A stretch of 64,000 bases of DNA from a virus. Under the pieces are notes generated by a model. That model ran no database searches and was not told the origin of the DNA. It saw only the letters and a program-made list of their open reading frames with translations. The translations under genes were made by a program, and so were the position numbers. Of this stretch, positions 27,624-37,274 are shown one piece after another; positions within the stretch are counted from its first letter, which is position 1, and each line of letters begins with the position of its first letter. The stretch spans positions 1-64,000 of the IMG/VR virus record IMGVR_UViG_3300028030_000008. The stretch is one strand, 5' to 3'.

Positions 27624-28205
27624 ATGAGGGTTTTAGTTGCATGTGAATTTTCAGGGATAGTAAGGAGTGAATTTGCCAAGCTCGGACACGATGCTTGGAG
27701 TTGTGATTTACTCGAAACAGAAATTCCGGGTAATCATATCGTTGGGGACGTTTTAGATGTACTTGATGACGGATGGGATTTAATGATAGCACATCCCCCG
27801 TGTACGTATTTGTCAAACAGCGGAGTTAGGTGGCTACACACGCAAGAGGGGCGTTGGCAAAAAATGAAAGATGGGGCTACATTTTCCAGAAAGCTACTAA
27901 ACGCGAATGTTCCAATGGTGGCCGCTGAGAATCCAATTCCTCACAAATACGCTGTAAATATAATTGGGGAAAAATACACCCAGATCATTCAGCCTTGGCA
28001 ATTTGGTCACGGAGAGCAAAAAGCTACTTGTTTATGGCTACGAAACTTGCCGCCGTTAGTACCAACTAACATTGTTACAGGTAGGAAACAAAGGATATGG
28101 AAATTGCCACCAACGAAAGATAGATGGAAACTGAGAAGCGTAACCTACAAGGGAATCGCGGAGGCAATGGCGATGCAATGGGGAGGGAGCAAAAGTGGAC
28201 ATTAG
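27624..28205 (+). CDS. Short phage C5-cytosine methyltransferase-like protein
   Basis: MRVLVACEFSG, HPPCTY, ENP, QPWQFG, RS.TY.GIA.AMA.QW. Confidence 0.8.
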   Translation: MRVLVACEFSGIVRSEFAKLGHDAWSCDLLETEIPGNHIVGDVLDVLDDGWDLMIAHPPCTYLSNSGVRWLHTQEGRWQKMKDGATFSRKLLNANVPMVAAENPIPHKYAVNIIGEKYTQIIQPWQFGHGEQKATCLWLRNLPPLVPTNIVTGRKQRIWKLPPTKDRWKLRSVTYKGIAEAMAMQWGGSKSGH

Positions 28206-28578
28206 AACAATTGAAAAACTTGCTATCGAACTAGAAGATAAACTCAGCAAGGAAATTTCAGGAGTTGAATGGCAAGCTGGCATCCTTGTTAAAAAGAAGC
28301 TAATCGAGTTGACTGGTATCGCGGCGATTGATGGCCGACGCTCTACTACTCGTAGATTGCTCCTCCCTGAATTTGTGGAGGCAACAAGGGATGAGAATAT
28401 AATAATACAAATTAAAGAAGCCTTTCAGTCATTTCTCGAAAAAGTAACAGGAGTGCGGGGCGGAGTGTACCAACCTAAAGACTCAGAAGAAGGAGAGAAG
28501 CAAATGAAGGCATTAACAGTAGTCGATGCAGTAGAGAAGAAAAGAAAACTCGAAACAGGAGGTGGTAATGGATATTGA
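28195..28578 (+). CDS. Hypothetical protein, paralogue of the next gene
   Basis: MDI..I..LA..LE.......WQA shared with 28568..28837. Confidence 0.65.
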   Translation: MDIRTIEKLAIELEDKLSKEISGVEWQAGILVKKKLIELTGIAAIDGRRSTTRRLLLPEFVEATRDENIIIQIKEAFQSFLEKVTGVRGGVYQPKDSEEGEKQMKALTVVDAVEKKRKLETGGGNGY

Positions 28579-28837
28579 CAAAATAAAGGAGCTCGCTGTC
28601 AAACTAGAGAATGGTTTTGATAAAACTATCCCAGATTGCGGGTGGCAAGCAAAAGTTTTTGAGGATAAGGAAGTGATTAGGCTAACTGGCTTTATTGATT
28701 ACCCTCGCTATGCCATTCGTAAAAAAATAAACATTGAATTTGCGTACAAAACAAGTAAAGGCATGGCGTTATTGCAAACAATGCTAAAACTTGATAAATC
28801 TATGTGTAAGCTTCTCAAGAGTGCGGCGACTACATAA
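28568..28837 (+). CDS. Hypothetical protein, paralogue of the previous gene
   Basis: RBS GGAGG; shared N-terminal pattern. Confidence 0.65.
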   Translation: MDIDKIKELAVKLENGFDKTIPDCGWQAKVFEDKEVIRLTGFIDYPRYAIRKKINIEFAYKTSKGMALLQTMLKLDKSMCKLLKSAATT

Positions 28838-29337
28838 TGCCAAACAGACCAACACATACCAAGATTACAATAGCACTAACAGCAAGTAGTCTGATACCGG
28901 CAATTATGATTGGGGCAGATGCGGCCATTCCGTTTCTTGGCGGAATTGCTTCCACGCTGTCAGTGAAACTTGGTAAATACTGGGTGGCGCTCAACCCTGA
29001 CCTAGACATTGTTCAAAACAACTCGGACTTAGCAAAAATGTTGGGCTTTTCATCCTACCAGCAATCAATTTCCCACAGGTCTGGATTGACAAAATCAAGT
29101 TGGAGGTATGTAGCAAAAAATCCACTTAATCTGATATGGATGTCTCATCTTCCCGTCATTGGGACGTTACCGAGATTTCTTATTGTATTGATTTTACTTG
29201 GGATTGTCGCGTTAATGCTTGGGGTTGAGTTAAAGGCGGTGTGGATACTGTGGTGGTTTCTGGGAATGGCGTGGTCTGATCTATGGCATATTATCGCGGA
29301 TATTTCGTGGAGTTGGATAAAAAGTAAGTGGAAATAA
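28837..29337 (+). CDS. DUF2227/YbcI-like metal-binding membrane protein
   Basis: MP...TH, PDLD, HR...SH...GT, HIIAD. Confidence 0.8.
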   Translation: MPNRPTHTKITIALTASSLIPAIMIGADAAIPFLGGIASTLSVKLGKYWVALNPDLDIVQNNSDLAKMLGFSSYQQSISHRSGLTKSSWRYVAKNPLNLIWMSHLPVIGTLPRFLIVLILLGIVALMLGVELKAVWILWWFLGMAWSDLWHIIADISWSWIKSKWK

Positions 29338-29342
29338 CAGGC

Positions 29343-29735
29343 TTACCGCTTCGACAAAGACGGTTGCCGCTCTGGACACCCAAAAGGTTTTAGTTGGTTA
29401 GGGTTATCCAATATGCACTCATCCAATGGACAATTAAGGCACAATTCTCGACCAAGTTCGCATACCTTCCAGGGGGCTGACGATGCCAAAAAATCATTTC
29501 CGTTTCCATTACTAGCCCCTCTCCCCTTCCCTACATTCTTTGGTCTAACTATAGTTATGTTCATCAGGCCAGCTTCTTTAATTCTACGAAGGCGATACCA
29601 AACTGCTTGCATTGAATGAACTTCCGTAGCCAACCAAACCTTCTCCCGAATATCAGATACACCAACGGTTGCGCCGGGTGGAAAAACAGCATTGATTTCC
29701 TCAATCCACTTAGGCGCTTTAGATACTGCTTTCAA
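29343..29735 (-). CDS. Hypothetical protein (wHTH-like plus C-terminal Cys cluster)
   Basis: CLNCPLDEC. Confidence 0.55.
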   Translation of the reverse strand: MKAVSKAPKWIEEINAVFPPGATVGVSDIREKVWLATEVHSMQAVWYRLRRIKEAGLMNITIVRPKNVGKGRGASNGNGNDFLASSAPWKVCELGRELCLNCPLDECILDNPNQLKPFGCPERQPSLSKR

Positions 29736-29737
29736 CT

Positions 29738-29926
29738 CTACCCCTCCTCAGCCATATCTAATCCAAAGTAATGTTCGTTTTCCTCTGCCTTTTCCTCTAA
29801 CTCTCTTTCTTCTTGTACTATTTTTCTCCATAAATTCTGTAGTCTTCTGTAATCCTCACCATCCCCGACAGATGCAGCAACACTCATTGCGTTAAGAACA
29901 GCTTGCTTCCTGTCACTTGCGTACAT
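29738..29926 (-). CDS. Hypothetical protein
   Basis: RBS GGAGG. Confidence 0.6.
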   Translation of the reverse strand: MYASDRKQAVLNAMSVAASVGDGEDYRRLQNLWRKIVQEERELEEKAEENEHYFGLDMAEEG

Positions 29927-29935
29927 AAAACCTCC

Positions 29936-30460
29936 TTAAGAATTATCATCATTTGTTTTCGGTGAAACCATCTTTATTGAACTATGCAACAACCCAAGCT
30001 GTCGCCATGCCAATGTATCTGAAAGACGAACAACAGTTGTAGTGTGATGCGGCTTAATATTCAATAGAGCGCGTCTTTGCTGCTCGTGTAGCCAATAAAA
30101 CAATGTAGTTAAGGTTTTTAACAACACCCAGTAGGTGAGAATAATAGTGCCAAGTGAAATGATAGAGCCAATAACAGTCCCGGCAAGCAGCATAACGGAC
30201 AGCGAAAAGCTATGCCAACGATCTGCTAACGCAAACAGGAAGGCATTTCTACGCACGGCAAACGCCTCCCATGTATCCTTGCTCGACTGTCGATACGCCA
30301 AACGCTTACTCTCTTCTCCTCTCTCCCCTGCGATTTTCATAACAGTACGAGCGCTTTCTCGTTGCTCTACCGCACTATCAACACCACGAACCCCGATTAC
30401 ACCAAGAACAACGCAGCAAAAAAGAAGACCGGCTATGACGGTAACAATAACGTTATCCAC
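29936..30460 (-). CDS. Membrane protein
   Basis: Hydrophobic N-terminal and central segments. Confidence 0.6.
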   Translation of the reverse strand: MDNVIVTVIAGLLFCCVVLGVIGVRGVDSAVEQRESARTVMKIAGERGEESKRLAYRQSSKDTWEAFAVRRNAFLFALADRWHSFSLSVMLLAGTVIGSIISLGTIILTYWVLLKTLTTLFYWLHEQQRRALLNIKPHHTTTVVRLSDTLAWRQLGLLHSSIKMVSPKTNDDNS

Positions 30461-30463
30461 AGT

Positions 30464-31018
30464 TTACCCCCTGTAAAACAGACGTGTATCTCCGGGCGTT
30501 TCAGGACTTTGCAAAGCATACGCCGCTGAGATTTGCTGGTACATCTCTCGTTTTGACTGCCCAGGCTGTAAAACAAAGAGCGTCTGCGTCGGAGGCGGCA
30601 ATTTATTTCTGGCATTTGCCAACAACCCAAGCAAGAAAATCGCAACAATGACAATGCCGATTGTTCCAACAACGCCAATCCCAAACAATGTCAGCGCCAT
30701 TATTATGGCAACGCTATGAGTTGAAGAAGTCAACCCCATAGAAAAACTTTGAGCCGCACTCAAGGAACGTTCACTAAAAGCTGCTGCACTTGCCTGCACT
30801 CGCTCACTGTAAGCCTGAGCGCTATCCAAGCGGCTGTCACCTTTGGCGCGAATGACGCTCGCCTCTCCTTGATAACGAGAATACACCTCATGCGCCCTCG
30901 CCGCATACTTGTCCGCAGCCGTATTATTGAGATAACCAAGACCAAAAATACCGGCCAATACTAACACGGCTATTAAAATAATCCCGAAGAATACGCTCGC
31001 TGCTCCGTTCATTTGCAC
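30464..31018 (-). CDS. Membrane protein
   Basis: Two TM segments flanking a helical region. Confidence 0.65.
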   Translation of the reverse strand: MQMNGAASVFFGIILIAVLVLAGIFGLGYLNNTAADKYAARAHEVYSRYQGEASVIRAKGDSRLDSAQAYSERVQASAAAFSERSLSAAQSFSMGLTSSTHSVAIIMALTLFGIGVVGTIGIVIVAIFLLGLLANARNKLPPPTQTLFVLQPGQSKREMYQQISAAYALQSPETPGDTRLFYRG

Positions 31019-31206
31019 TCCTCCTTAACAAGAAAAACGCATCTTGGGTAAGTATCCCTAGGGTCACTCTTTACCCTCTGGATTACGCCTCTATCCTGCA
31101 AGGACTGAATTGTTTCGGCTCTACGCTGATTCTTAGTTACCCAGAATATGGATACCACAGGGTGCGTTCGCAAAAAGGTGATGATTGCTTTTTCGTGCCT
31201 GTTCAT
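31009..31206 (-). CDS. Hypothetical protein
   Basis: Coupled ORF. Confidence 0.55.
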   Translation of the reverse strand: MNRHEKAIITFLRTHPVVSIFWVTKNQRRAETIQSLQDRGVIQRVKSDPRDTYPRCVFLVKEECK

Positions 31207-31595
31207 TAAGTATACCTCTTTTTCTTCGTGAGTTTATTAAACACGTACCGCGCAAATCCAATACGCCCTTGCATTTGACGTTTCGAGAAGGCCACAGCGA
31301 GCCCCGGCGGAATAGGGATACTGCCGGCGACTATGTTAATGCCATTCACCATAAGTAGCCACTGCGTCCAATAAGACTGTGATTTTGCTACAGTCAAGGA
31401 TAAGTAGATGTCGTCTTTGCTTTCCTTGAATACCTTACCGTTGAAATCAAAAACATTCCACACATCAACATTATTGGATTTCAACATACGCTTGACATCT
31501 CCGATAGACCAATCTAGTAGGGCAATGTCAAACTCATGCGTTTTCCCGTGTTGAATTTTCTTGTAAAGCGTATGAAAGAATGATAGCATATACAC
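31206..31595 (-). CDS. Hypothetical protein
   Basis: Coupled ORF. Confidence 0.6.
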   Translation of the reverse strand: MYMLSFFHTLYKKIQHGKTHEFDIALLDWSIGDVKRMLKSNNVDVWNVFDFNGKVFKESKDDIYLSLTVAKSQSYWTQWLLMVNGINIVAGSIPIPPGLAVAFSKRQMQGRIGFARYVFNKLTKKKRYT

Positions 31596-31625
31596 CTCGC
31601 TCCCTAGTTATCCATTTCCATCTTG

Positions 31626-31868
31626 CTATAGCGGTTTTTTGTACTCTCGTTGTTTTGCGGAATCCCGAATAATAAACGTTGGGCTAGAGAGCATTTCAAG
31701 TAACTTGGCGTTCTGCTCTAAGATTATTTCATTTTGATCTAAAACGCGATGGATAAATTTCACCCTATCCTTATCCATTCCCATTTTCTCGATATTCGGT
31801 TTCCATGTAGCCGATACACTATCCGCTGAATATGTTTTTGCCGTCCTAGCTGTATACTCTTTTGTCAT
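31626..31868 (-). CDS. Hypothetical protein
   Basis: RBS AGGAG. Confidence 0.6.
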   Translation of the reverse strand: MTKEYTARTAKTYSADSVSATWKPNIEKMGMDKDRVKFIHRVLDQNEIILEQNAKLLEMLSSPTFIIRDSAKQREYKKPL

Positions 31869-31894
31869 CTTAAACTCCTTTCTCTATAAGCATT

Positions 31895-32281
31895 TCAAAT
31901 AGCGTCTTGAGGAAAATGCCATTCTGACTTTGGCTTTCCCTGTCGCCAACATTCCCCATGCGCTGACCGCGATTTATTACTCGAATCGTAACCAGCAAAC
32001 ACCGCATCATCTAAATCGTCACGCTCGATTAACTCGCCACAAATTCGACACGGTTCGTTGACATACATTGATCTTGCAAATAATTGCACCTTACCGCTCA
32101 GTACAGCTTGCTTAATACACTTATCGCATTGCCACCCGTTTTTTGTTTTGCGCCATCCCTGACAACGGTAAAACGCCTCAGCGTCAGCCTTGTTATCAAA
32201 CTCAGAGTAATCTAACAAATTATCACAAGAGTAACACCATACAGAATATTGAATTGATTTATGGATTTTCCCGTCGCCCAT
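31895..32281 (-). CDS. Hypothetical Zn-finger protein
   Basis: CYSC, CDKC, CRIC, HGEC. Confidence 0.65.
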   Translation of the reverse strand: MGDGKIHKSIQYSVWCYSCDNLLDYSEFDNKADAEAFYRCQGWRKTKNGWQCDKCIKQAVLSGKVQLFARSMYVNEPCRICGELIERDDLDDAVFAGYDSSNKSRSAHGECWRQGKPKSEWHFPQDAI

Positions 32282-32293
32282 GTCGCACTCCTG

Positions 32294-32419
32294 TTACCGC
32301 GCCAAATGAATGATGATAAACAGATTAAAAAACTTCACCGACACTTTCAAGCCAAGATTATCACGGCTAAAATAAAACCAAACGTAACGGGTTAAATGAG
32401 TTGAAAAGTTAGTCATCAT
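32294..32419 (-). CDS. Small hypothetical protein (41 aa), not in the ORF track
   Basis: AAGGAAAC-ATG; MMTNFSTHLTRYVWFYFSRDNLGLKVSVKFFNLFIIIHLAR fills the gap exactly. Confidence 0.45.
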   Translation of the reverse strand: MMTNFSTHLTRYVWFYFSRDNLGLKVSVKFFNLFIIIHLAR

Positions 32420-32431
32420 GTTTCCTTTTCT

Positions 32432-33199
32432 CTAAAAACCAGTGCCACAATAAAGGCTGCATTGTATTGACGGCTCGGTATCGTACCGCCCGGCATTAGG
32501 AGGTAGTTCGTCCAAAAATACACGTACCATTTTACCATCTTCGTATCTTTTACAGATGGCTACATCGAGCTCTCGTTCAACCTCGCTCATTGTCCAAAAG
32601 ACATCTGGTTTTACTACTCTAATACGATTCCAATACCCCATCCCCCCCTTAACGCACCCTGCCTTAAGACAATTTGCGTTCTTGAAACCAATATCGTATG
32701 CAGATGGCCTTTTTATACCCTCACGCAATAGCAATTCCTGACAATTAGGTTTTGATATACCCCTCTCGACAAGAGGACATTCAATGTTTACAAGCGGGTT
32801 ATTTTGCTTAAATCTTTCTAGCCTGTCCTTTTCTTCTACGCTAAAACCAAATATCTGCAAATCCGTATCTACTTTCTCAAAAGCCAGCCTTGGCTTCTTC
32901 TTCATTTCAAGTGAGCATCTTGCTCCCATTGGCCCAACAAGGTAGCGAGTTTTTCTGTAAACATCTATGGTATCAGTGTATTTTGGATTTTTCAAAACAG
33001 TCACTTTGTGGTTTAGCCAGTTTTGCAAATCATCCATAAATCGCCAATTATCGTCATCCTCCGAGCCAGTATCACATATTGCTAATTCTATTGGATAAAT
33101 GTCTTTGTACTTCTCAATTGCAAGTTTAGCTGCTATAGAAGATGTTACCCCTGCCGAAACCCACACTACAACGCGCTCGATAGTCCTTGTATTTTCCAT
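32432..33199 (-). CDS. PAPS-reductase-like (PP-loop) protein with Cys clusters
   Basis: VVWVSAGVTSS, EDDDNWRF, CSLEMKK, NANC..GCVKGG.GYW. Confidence 0.85.
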   Translation of the reverse strand: MENTRTIERVVVWVSAGVTSSIAAKLAIEKYKDIYPIELAICDTGSEDDDNWRFMDDLQNWLNHKVTVLKNPKYTDTIDVYRKTRYLVGPMGARCSLEMKKKPRLAFEKVDTDLQIFGFSVEEKDRLERFKQNNPLVNIECPLVERGISKPNCQELLLREGIKRPSAYDIGFKNANCLKAGCVKGGMGYWNRIRVVKPDVFWTMSEVERELDVAICKRYEDGKMVRVFLDELPPNAGRYDTEPSIQCSLYCGTGF

Positions 33200-33234
33200 A
33201 CCCTACTTCTCCTACCGTGATTGCCAATACAGGT

Positions 33235-33263
33235 ATTATAGCACATCCATCATATATATGCAA
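33235..33263 (-). promoter_or_regulatory. Sigma70 promoter
   Basis: TTGCAT-17-TATAAT with TG. Confidence 0.75.
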
Positions 33264-33613
33264 CTCTACACCCCAGTATATTAGCCCCAAATACACCAAC
33301 AATCAAGAGCATAAGCACACTTGCAGCAAGTAGAACGCATGCACCTTAAAAATTAGATATTCACATTAAACAACTTCTTTATCTTTATAAAAGGAAATGG
33401 CAGTAAAAGAAACTGCCAGCCGCGACGCGAAAGCCCCCTGCCCTGCTCAGTTATCTCTCTTTTGTTTTAGTAAGCTATGCGTTATATATGTTCTATTCGG
33501 GAATTGGGGATGGGATTATCGGGAAGGCAGTCGATAACGCTTCAAGTCGGCGCTGCTAATTCCGAGTAGGGTACTCTGCCAGTCAAAAACAAGGTACTCT
33601 AGTATACCTTTTC

Positions 33614-33960
33614 ATCTTTGTGCATATCACACAACAAAGCAGAGTATTATATCTCATAATCATCATATCTTTGTGCATATCACACAAGAGGATTGACACC
33701 TAAAAAGATTATACCCTTATTTGCACAATTGGTACTCTGGTACTAATCCTTTTGCTTGTCATAATGCCTTATTCTATGCACATTGCACAAATAAACCGGC
33801 TATTGTGTGGTATATCCAGGTCTTTTATAGTGCATACTGCACAAGTCAACATAATAAATGTCATAGTCAATTTGTGACAAAATTATGTCAATAGACATAA
33901 TGCACAAAAATAACCGGCTTATCCCCTATTTTGGCCTGGATTGTAGTGCAATCTGCACAA
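33614..33960. repeat. Array of (TTG)TGCA-N3-(TG/CA)CACAA sites
   Basis: Seven direct copies ending 33634, 33687, 33728, 33790, 33844, 33907, 33960 plus one inverted copy at ~33803. Confidence 0.8.
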
Positions 33961-33993
33961 AAAAATTCGTTGAAATTAGTGACATTTGTCATC

Positions 33994-34022
33994 TTGAAAC
34001 TATGACACAAAATGTGTATAAT
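33994..34022 (+). promoter_or_regulatory. Sigma70 promoter of the early-type region
   Basis: TTGAAA-17-TATAAT; flanked by TGACA/TGTCA dyads. Confidence 0.75.
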
Positions 34023-34079
34023 CTAAGGTATAGAAAATATGTGCAGCCAAATTTTATTCACCTAAAAAAGGAGACAAAA

Positions 34080-34844
34080 ATGAACATCCAAAATGAAGCA
34101 GTAAAAAAACTATCTGACAATAGCCGGAAGCAGTTAGTCGGGTACTTGGCTGAAATCGCCATGCGCCCGGAAGTCCTTACCCTGCTTAACCGCATGGCAA
34201 GCGCAAAGGCCGACGCCGCCAAAGTAATTCAGCAGGCGCAAGAAGACGCGCAAAAAGCCATTCAGGAATTCCTGCCGACTTACACGCAAGACATTCCCGG
34301 CAATGCGGCAAAGATGGCAGAACTTAGCCAGGCGGTAGTTGACGCCCAAAACCTTAAGCCCAGCGACCTACTGAACGGCTTAAAAGGTACGCTTTCTGGC
34401 AATGGCGCTTTTGTGGAAGTATCCACTCAGTATTTTGGGCGGGCGCCGATTGAACGTGCTAAAAAGTTGGATTATGTTGTGTCCTACTACAACACTAAGA
34501 GTAATAAAGGCTTTACCTTTGAACCCCTTGTTGATGACAAAGGGGAATTGACTGGCAAGGTGAAAATTTCCCAACTTGAACGTGTCAAGGATGGGAAGGT
34601 TAATTCCTGGAAATGGGTACATATTGCCGAAGTCAACAGCGACTCTTTCCGCAAACTGGTTGAAAAACACTGGGAGCTTTTGGGCATTACCGACCTGTTT
34701 GAAAGCGCCGCCGCGTTCAATAGAGACGGATTCGGACGTACCAGCGCCAAAAAGGACATTAGCCCTAATGCGCTGGTTGCTCAAGCCAACGGCGTATACT
34801 GTGACAGAAACAACGTCTTGCCCAAACTTTTGAAGCGCATTTAA
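34080..34844 (+). CDS. First early-region protein (254 aa), function unknown
   Basis: AAGGAG RBS before ATG 34080; strong codon bias. Confidence 0.75.
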   Translation: MNIQNEAVKKLSDNSRKQLVGYLAEIAMRPEVLTLLNRMASAKADAAKVIQQAQEDAQKAIQEFLPTYTQDIPGNAAKMAELSQAVVDAQNLKPSDLLNGLKGTLSGNGAFVEVSTQYFGRAPIERAKKLDYVVSYYNTKSNKGFTFEPLVDDKGELTGKVKISQLERVKDGKVNSWKWVHIAEVNSDSFRKLVEKHWELLGITDLFESAAAFNRDGFGRTSAKKDISPNALVAQANGVYCDRNNVLPKLLKRI

Positions 34845-34935
34845 CCGGTTGTTTTCTAATGCTTGCTCACTAGCCGTCATTTAACCTTGCTAGTGGGCAA
34901 CAATTAGCAAATAACTCAAAAAAGGAGAAAGAACA

Positions 34936-35214
34936 ATGACATTTACAGCGCAAAACAAATCAGCAACAAAACAATTGACGTTACTGTACGGGCAACCAAC
35001 CCGTACTAAGACCATAGGTGATTATCATGAAGTTGTCTACAATCACAACATGAGCAAAACTTATCCGACTCGGTATATTGAAGTCGGGGTATGGGAAGGG
35101 ATAGAACGACTTCCCATAAAAGAGGAAAAACGTATCTTGATTGAAAAGCACAACTATAACGATTTCGTGAACGAATATGAAATGTTTAACTTGCTTCAAG
35201 TTTGGAATGAATAA
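34936..35214 (+). CDS. Hypothetical protein
   Basis: AAGGAG RBS. Confidence 0.65.
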   Translation: MTFTAQNKSATKQLTLLYGQPTRTKTIGDYHEVVYNHNMSKTYPTRYIEVGVWEGIERLPIKEEKRILIEKHNYNDFVNEYEMFNLLQVWNE

Positions 35215-35352
35215 CCCGAAGCAAGCAGCCAAATAAAAAGCCACATGCCCCAGCATGTGGCTTCCCCTTGCTTCTCGTTTTTTTGGGCGGCAAGGGGAAG
35301 GCCATATACTCATGGCCGCCTATACGAGCGACTTACTCAAAAGGAGCTAAAA

Positions 35353-35787
35353 ATGAAAGTCACAAAAATGAAAACTATCTGGAAAAAAGGCGACGGCGGC
35401 AATAAGTTACGGAAAGTACTTGAAGACAACTTAGAAAAGTCTGTTGTCGCCCATGTTCCCCTTTATTTAGGGGATATGCTAATAGGAGAGGATGAAGACG
35501 CCCTCTTGCAAGAATGACATGGCGATTTTTCTGACTATTTGACGATCTCTCCCTCAAGGGACGGCGCAAGAGCCGTTTTTGACGCCCACAGCATCGGGAG
35601 CATCACGCAGGATGAAAGCGGCGGTAAAATGCACTTCATCCTTATCGGTGACTATAAGGGATGGGAAGAAGAATTTTATCCAAAAGAAAAAACATGCGCC
35701 GATTGCGCCATCCCCTCGCTATACAAAAACGGGGAAAGTATTTGCGCTATCTGCAAGGACATGGACAAGTTTATAGAACTTCGCTAA
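35353..35787 (+). pseudogene. ORF interrupted by a single in-frame TGA (35515-35517)
   Basis: RBS plus ATG 35353; frame stays open 90 codons past the TGA with no RBS for the downstream part. Confidence 0.5.
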
Positions 35788-36008
35788 AAATGCATGGCCG
35801 CGCGATTCCGGGGGAAATCCGGGGAATCGCGGTTTTGAAAAGTGCATGCCCGCCTTTCGGCCAAAAACTTGGCGACGGCTGACTTAGTTGACGATGACTA
35901 CCACAATACCATTAAAAAAGCAGCCATTGAAAAATGCTTTACCGATCCGGCGGCCATTTACGGCAGGCAATACGCTTCCTGGAAAGTTTGGTGGAATCCC
36001 GGAAGTAA

Positions 36009-36287
36009 CTAACCAAAAAACTCTGATAAGTCATCCAGCAACCCAGGATACCGACTTATCAGAGTTTCTCTTAAAGCCGCCATATTTTGCTCATGAGCGG
36101 CCAATTCTTCGCAGCAATCATCTTCAATTACTCGCTTTACTTGTGGTTGCTGATTACTTAGCAATTCCTTATACAACGGCGAGTTTTTAGCAATACTAAA
36201 ATGAACACGGCAAGCCGGGCGGCAAAACCTGGAACGGCTTGTCTTTGCTTCATAAACTTTACCACAATAATCACATTGGCGTTTCAT
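36009..36287 (-). CDS. Zn-finger protein
   Basis: CDYCG...FCRPACR; RBS GGAGG. Confidence 0.7.
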   Translation of the reverse strand: MKRQCDYCGKVYEAKTSRSRFCRPACRVHFSIAKNSPLYKELLSNQQPQVKRVIEDDCCEELAAHEQNMAALRETLISRYPGLLDDLSEFFG

Positions 36288-36511
36288 TTTACCCTCCTTT
36301 CTTGCGTTATAACGATAAGTGTAGTACCATTACTACGGAACGCAGTTACCATTATAACGATACTTTTGAAACAAGCAAATTTACGCTCTGTTTCCCGCTA
36401 GGCTGGAAGAGTCTGGCGAAACTAGACGCCGAAAGATAACGGTTCGATTCCGTTATTGGCGGGCAATAGCGCGTAAGTTGGGCGCTAAAACTAATTAAAA
36501 GGAGAAAAACA

Positions 36512-36739
36512 ATGTCAAAAACACTCAGATTAAACGCGAACGCAGGCGTAAATATCATAAGATGCCCCGTTGTGAACAAAAGAGGGGAGCGCTGTTTCGG
36601 CCACCAACACGTTCGCATTAGCCTAGAAGAACTGGCTAAAATACGGCACGGCAACGAGAAAGTCGTAACAGCTAACTTCTCTTGCAATCACAAAGGCGTC
36701 AAAAAAATCGTGCTGTTTCGTCGGCCCGCGTGGAAGTAA
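36512..36739 (+). CDS. Hypothetical protein
   Basis: AAGGAG RBS. Confidence 0.65.
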   Translation: MSKTLRLNANAGVNIIRCPVVNKRGERCFGHQHVRISLEELAKIRHGNEKVVTANFSCNHKGVKKIVLFRRPAWK

Positions 36740-36925
36740 TTTGGGATAAAATTTGGGATATTAGGAGAAAGGTACCATTTCCCACCGAAAGCCCCAAAAC
36801 AAGGCGAAAGTGGGGCAAAACGTGGGATAATAGGCCGTTTTTGGGGGTAAAGTGGGGGAAATAGTGGGACGGGGCGGAGTTTTCGGCAAATACAACCCTC
36901 TCAATATCCCAAATATCCCAAATTT
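36738..36925. repeat. G-tract-rich segment bounded by inverted ATTTGGGATA repeats
   Basis: AATTTGGGATA x2 at 36738-36760; TATCCCAAAT x2 at 36905-36923; several G3-G5 runs between. Confidence 0.65.
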
Positions 36926-36996
36926 CGGCGACCATGCCGCGTTTCGGACATTATAAAATCAAAAAGTCATAAAATCAAAAAGTAAGGTGATAGATA

Positions 36997-37245
36997 ATGG
37001 ACAAAAGAAATTTCAAAAAGATGATAAGCAACAAAAAAGCGCGGAAAGTATACGCGCTTGACGGCAATGAGTTATTCGCGGCTGCTGTGCGCTTAGGCGC
37101 TAAAGCGGCCGAAAGCGTCCAGGATAGCTTTGACGTGGAGTTGATTGACAATTACACATTAGTTGCCAACTATGACAAAAATACCGATAAGGTCATTGTC
37201 TCCTTCTGGGGAGACAATGGGGAAGTTATCGCCATTCAAAAGTAA
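36997..37245 (+). CDS. Hypothetical protein
   Basis: AAGGTG RBS. Confidence 0.65.
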   Translation: MDKRNFKKMISNKKARKVYALDGNELFAAAVRLGAKAAESVQDSFDVELIDNYTLVANYDKNTDKVIVSFWGDNGEVIAIQK

Positions 37246-37274
37246 TTACATTGTAATTACACGAGGAGAGTACC

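Noticed and set aside
33614-33960. Possible CRISPR array
   Set aside because: Repeats are short and degenerate, include an inverted copy and have variable spacing; no cas genes.
33885-34079. N-terminal extension of ORF 33885..34844
   Set aside because: Overlaps the repeat array and promoter; the RBS supports ATG 34080.
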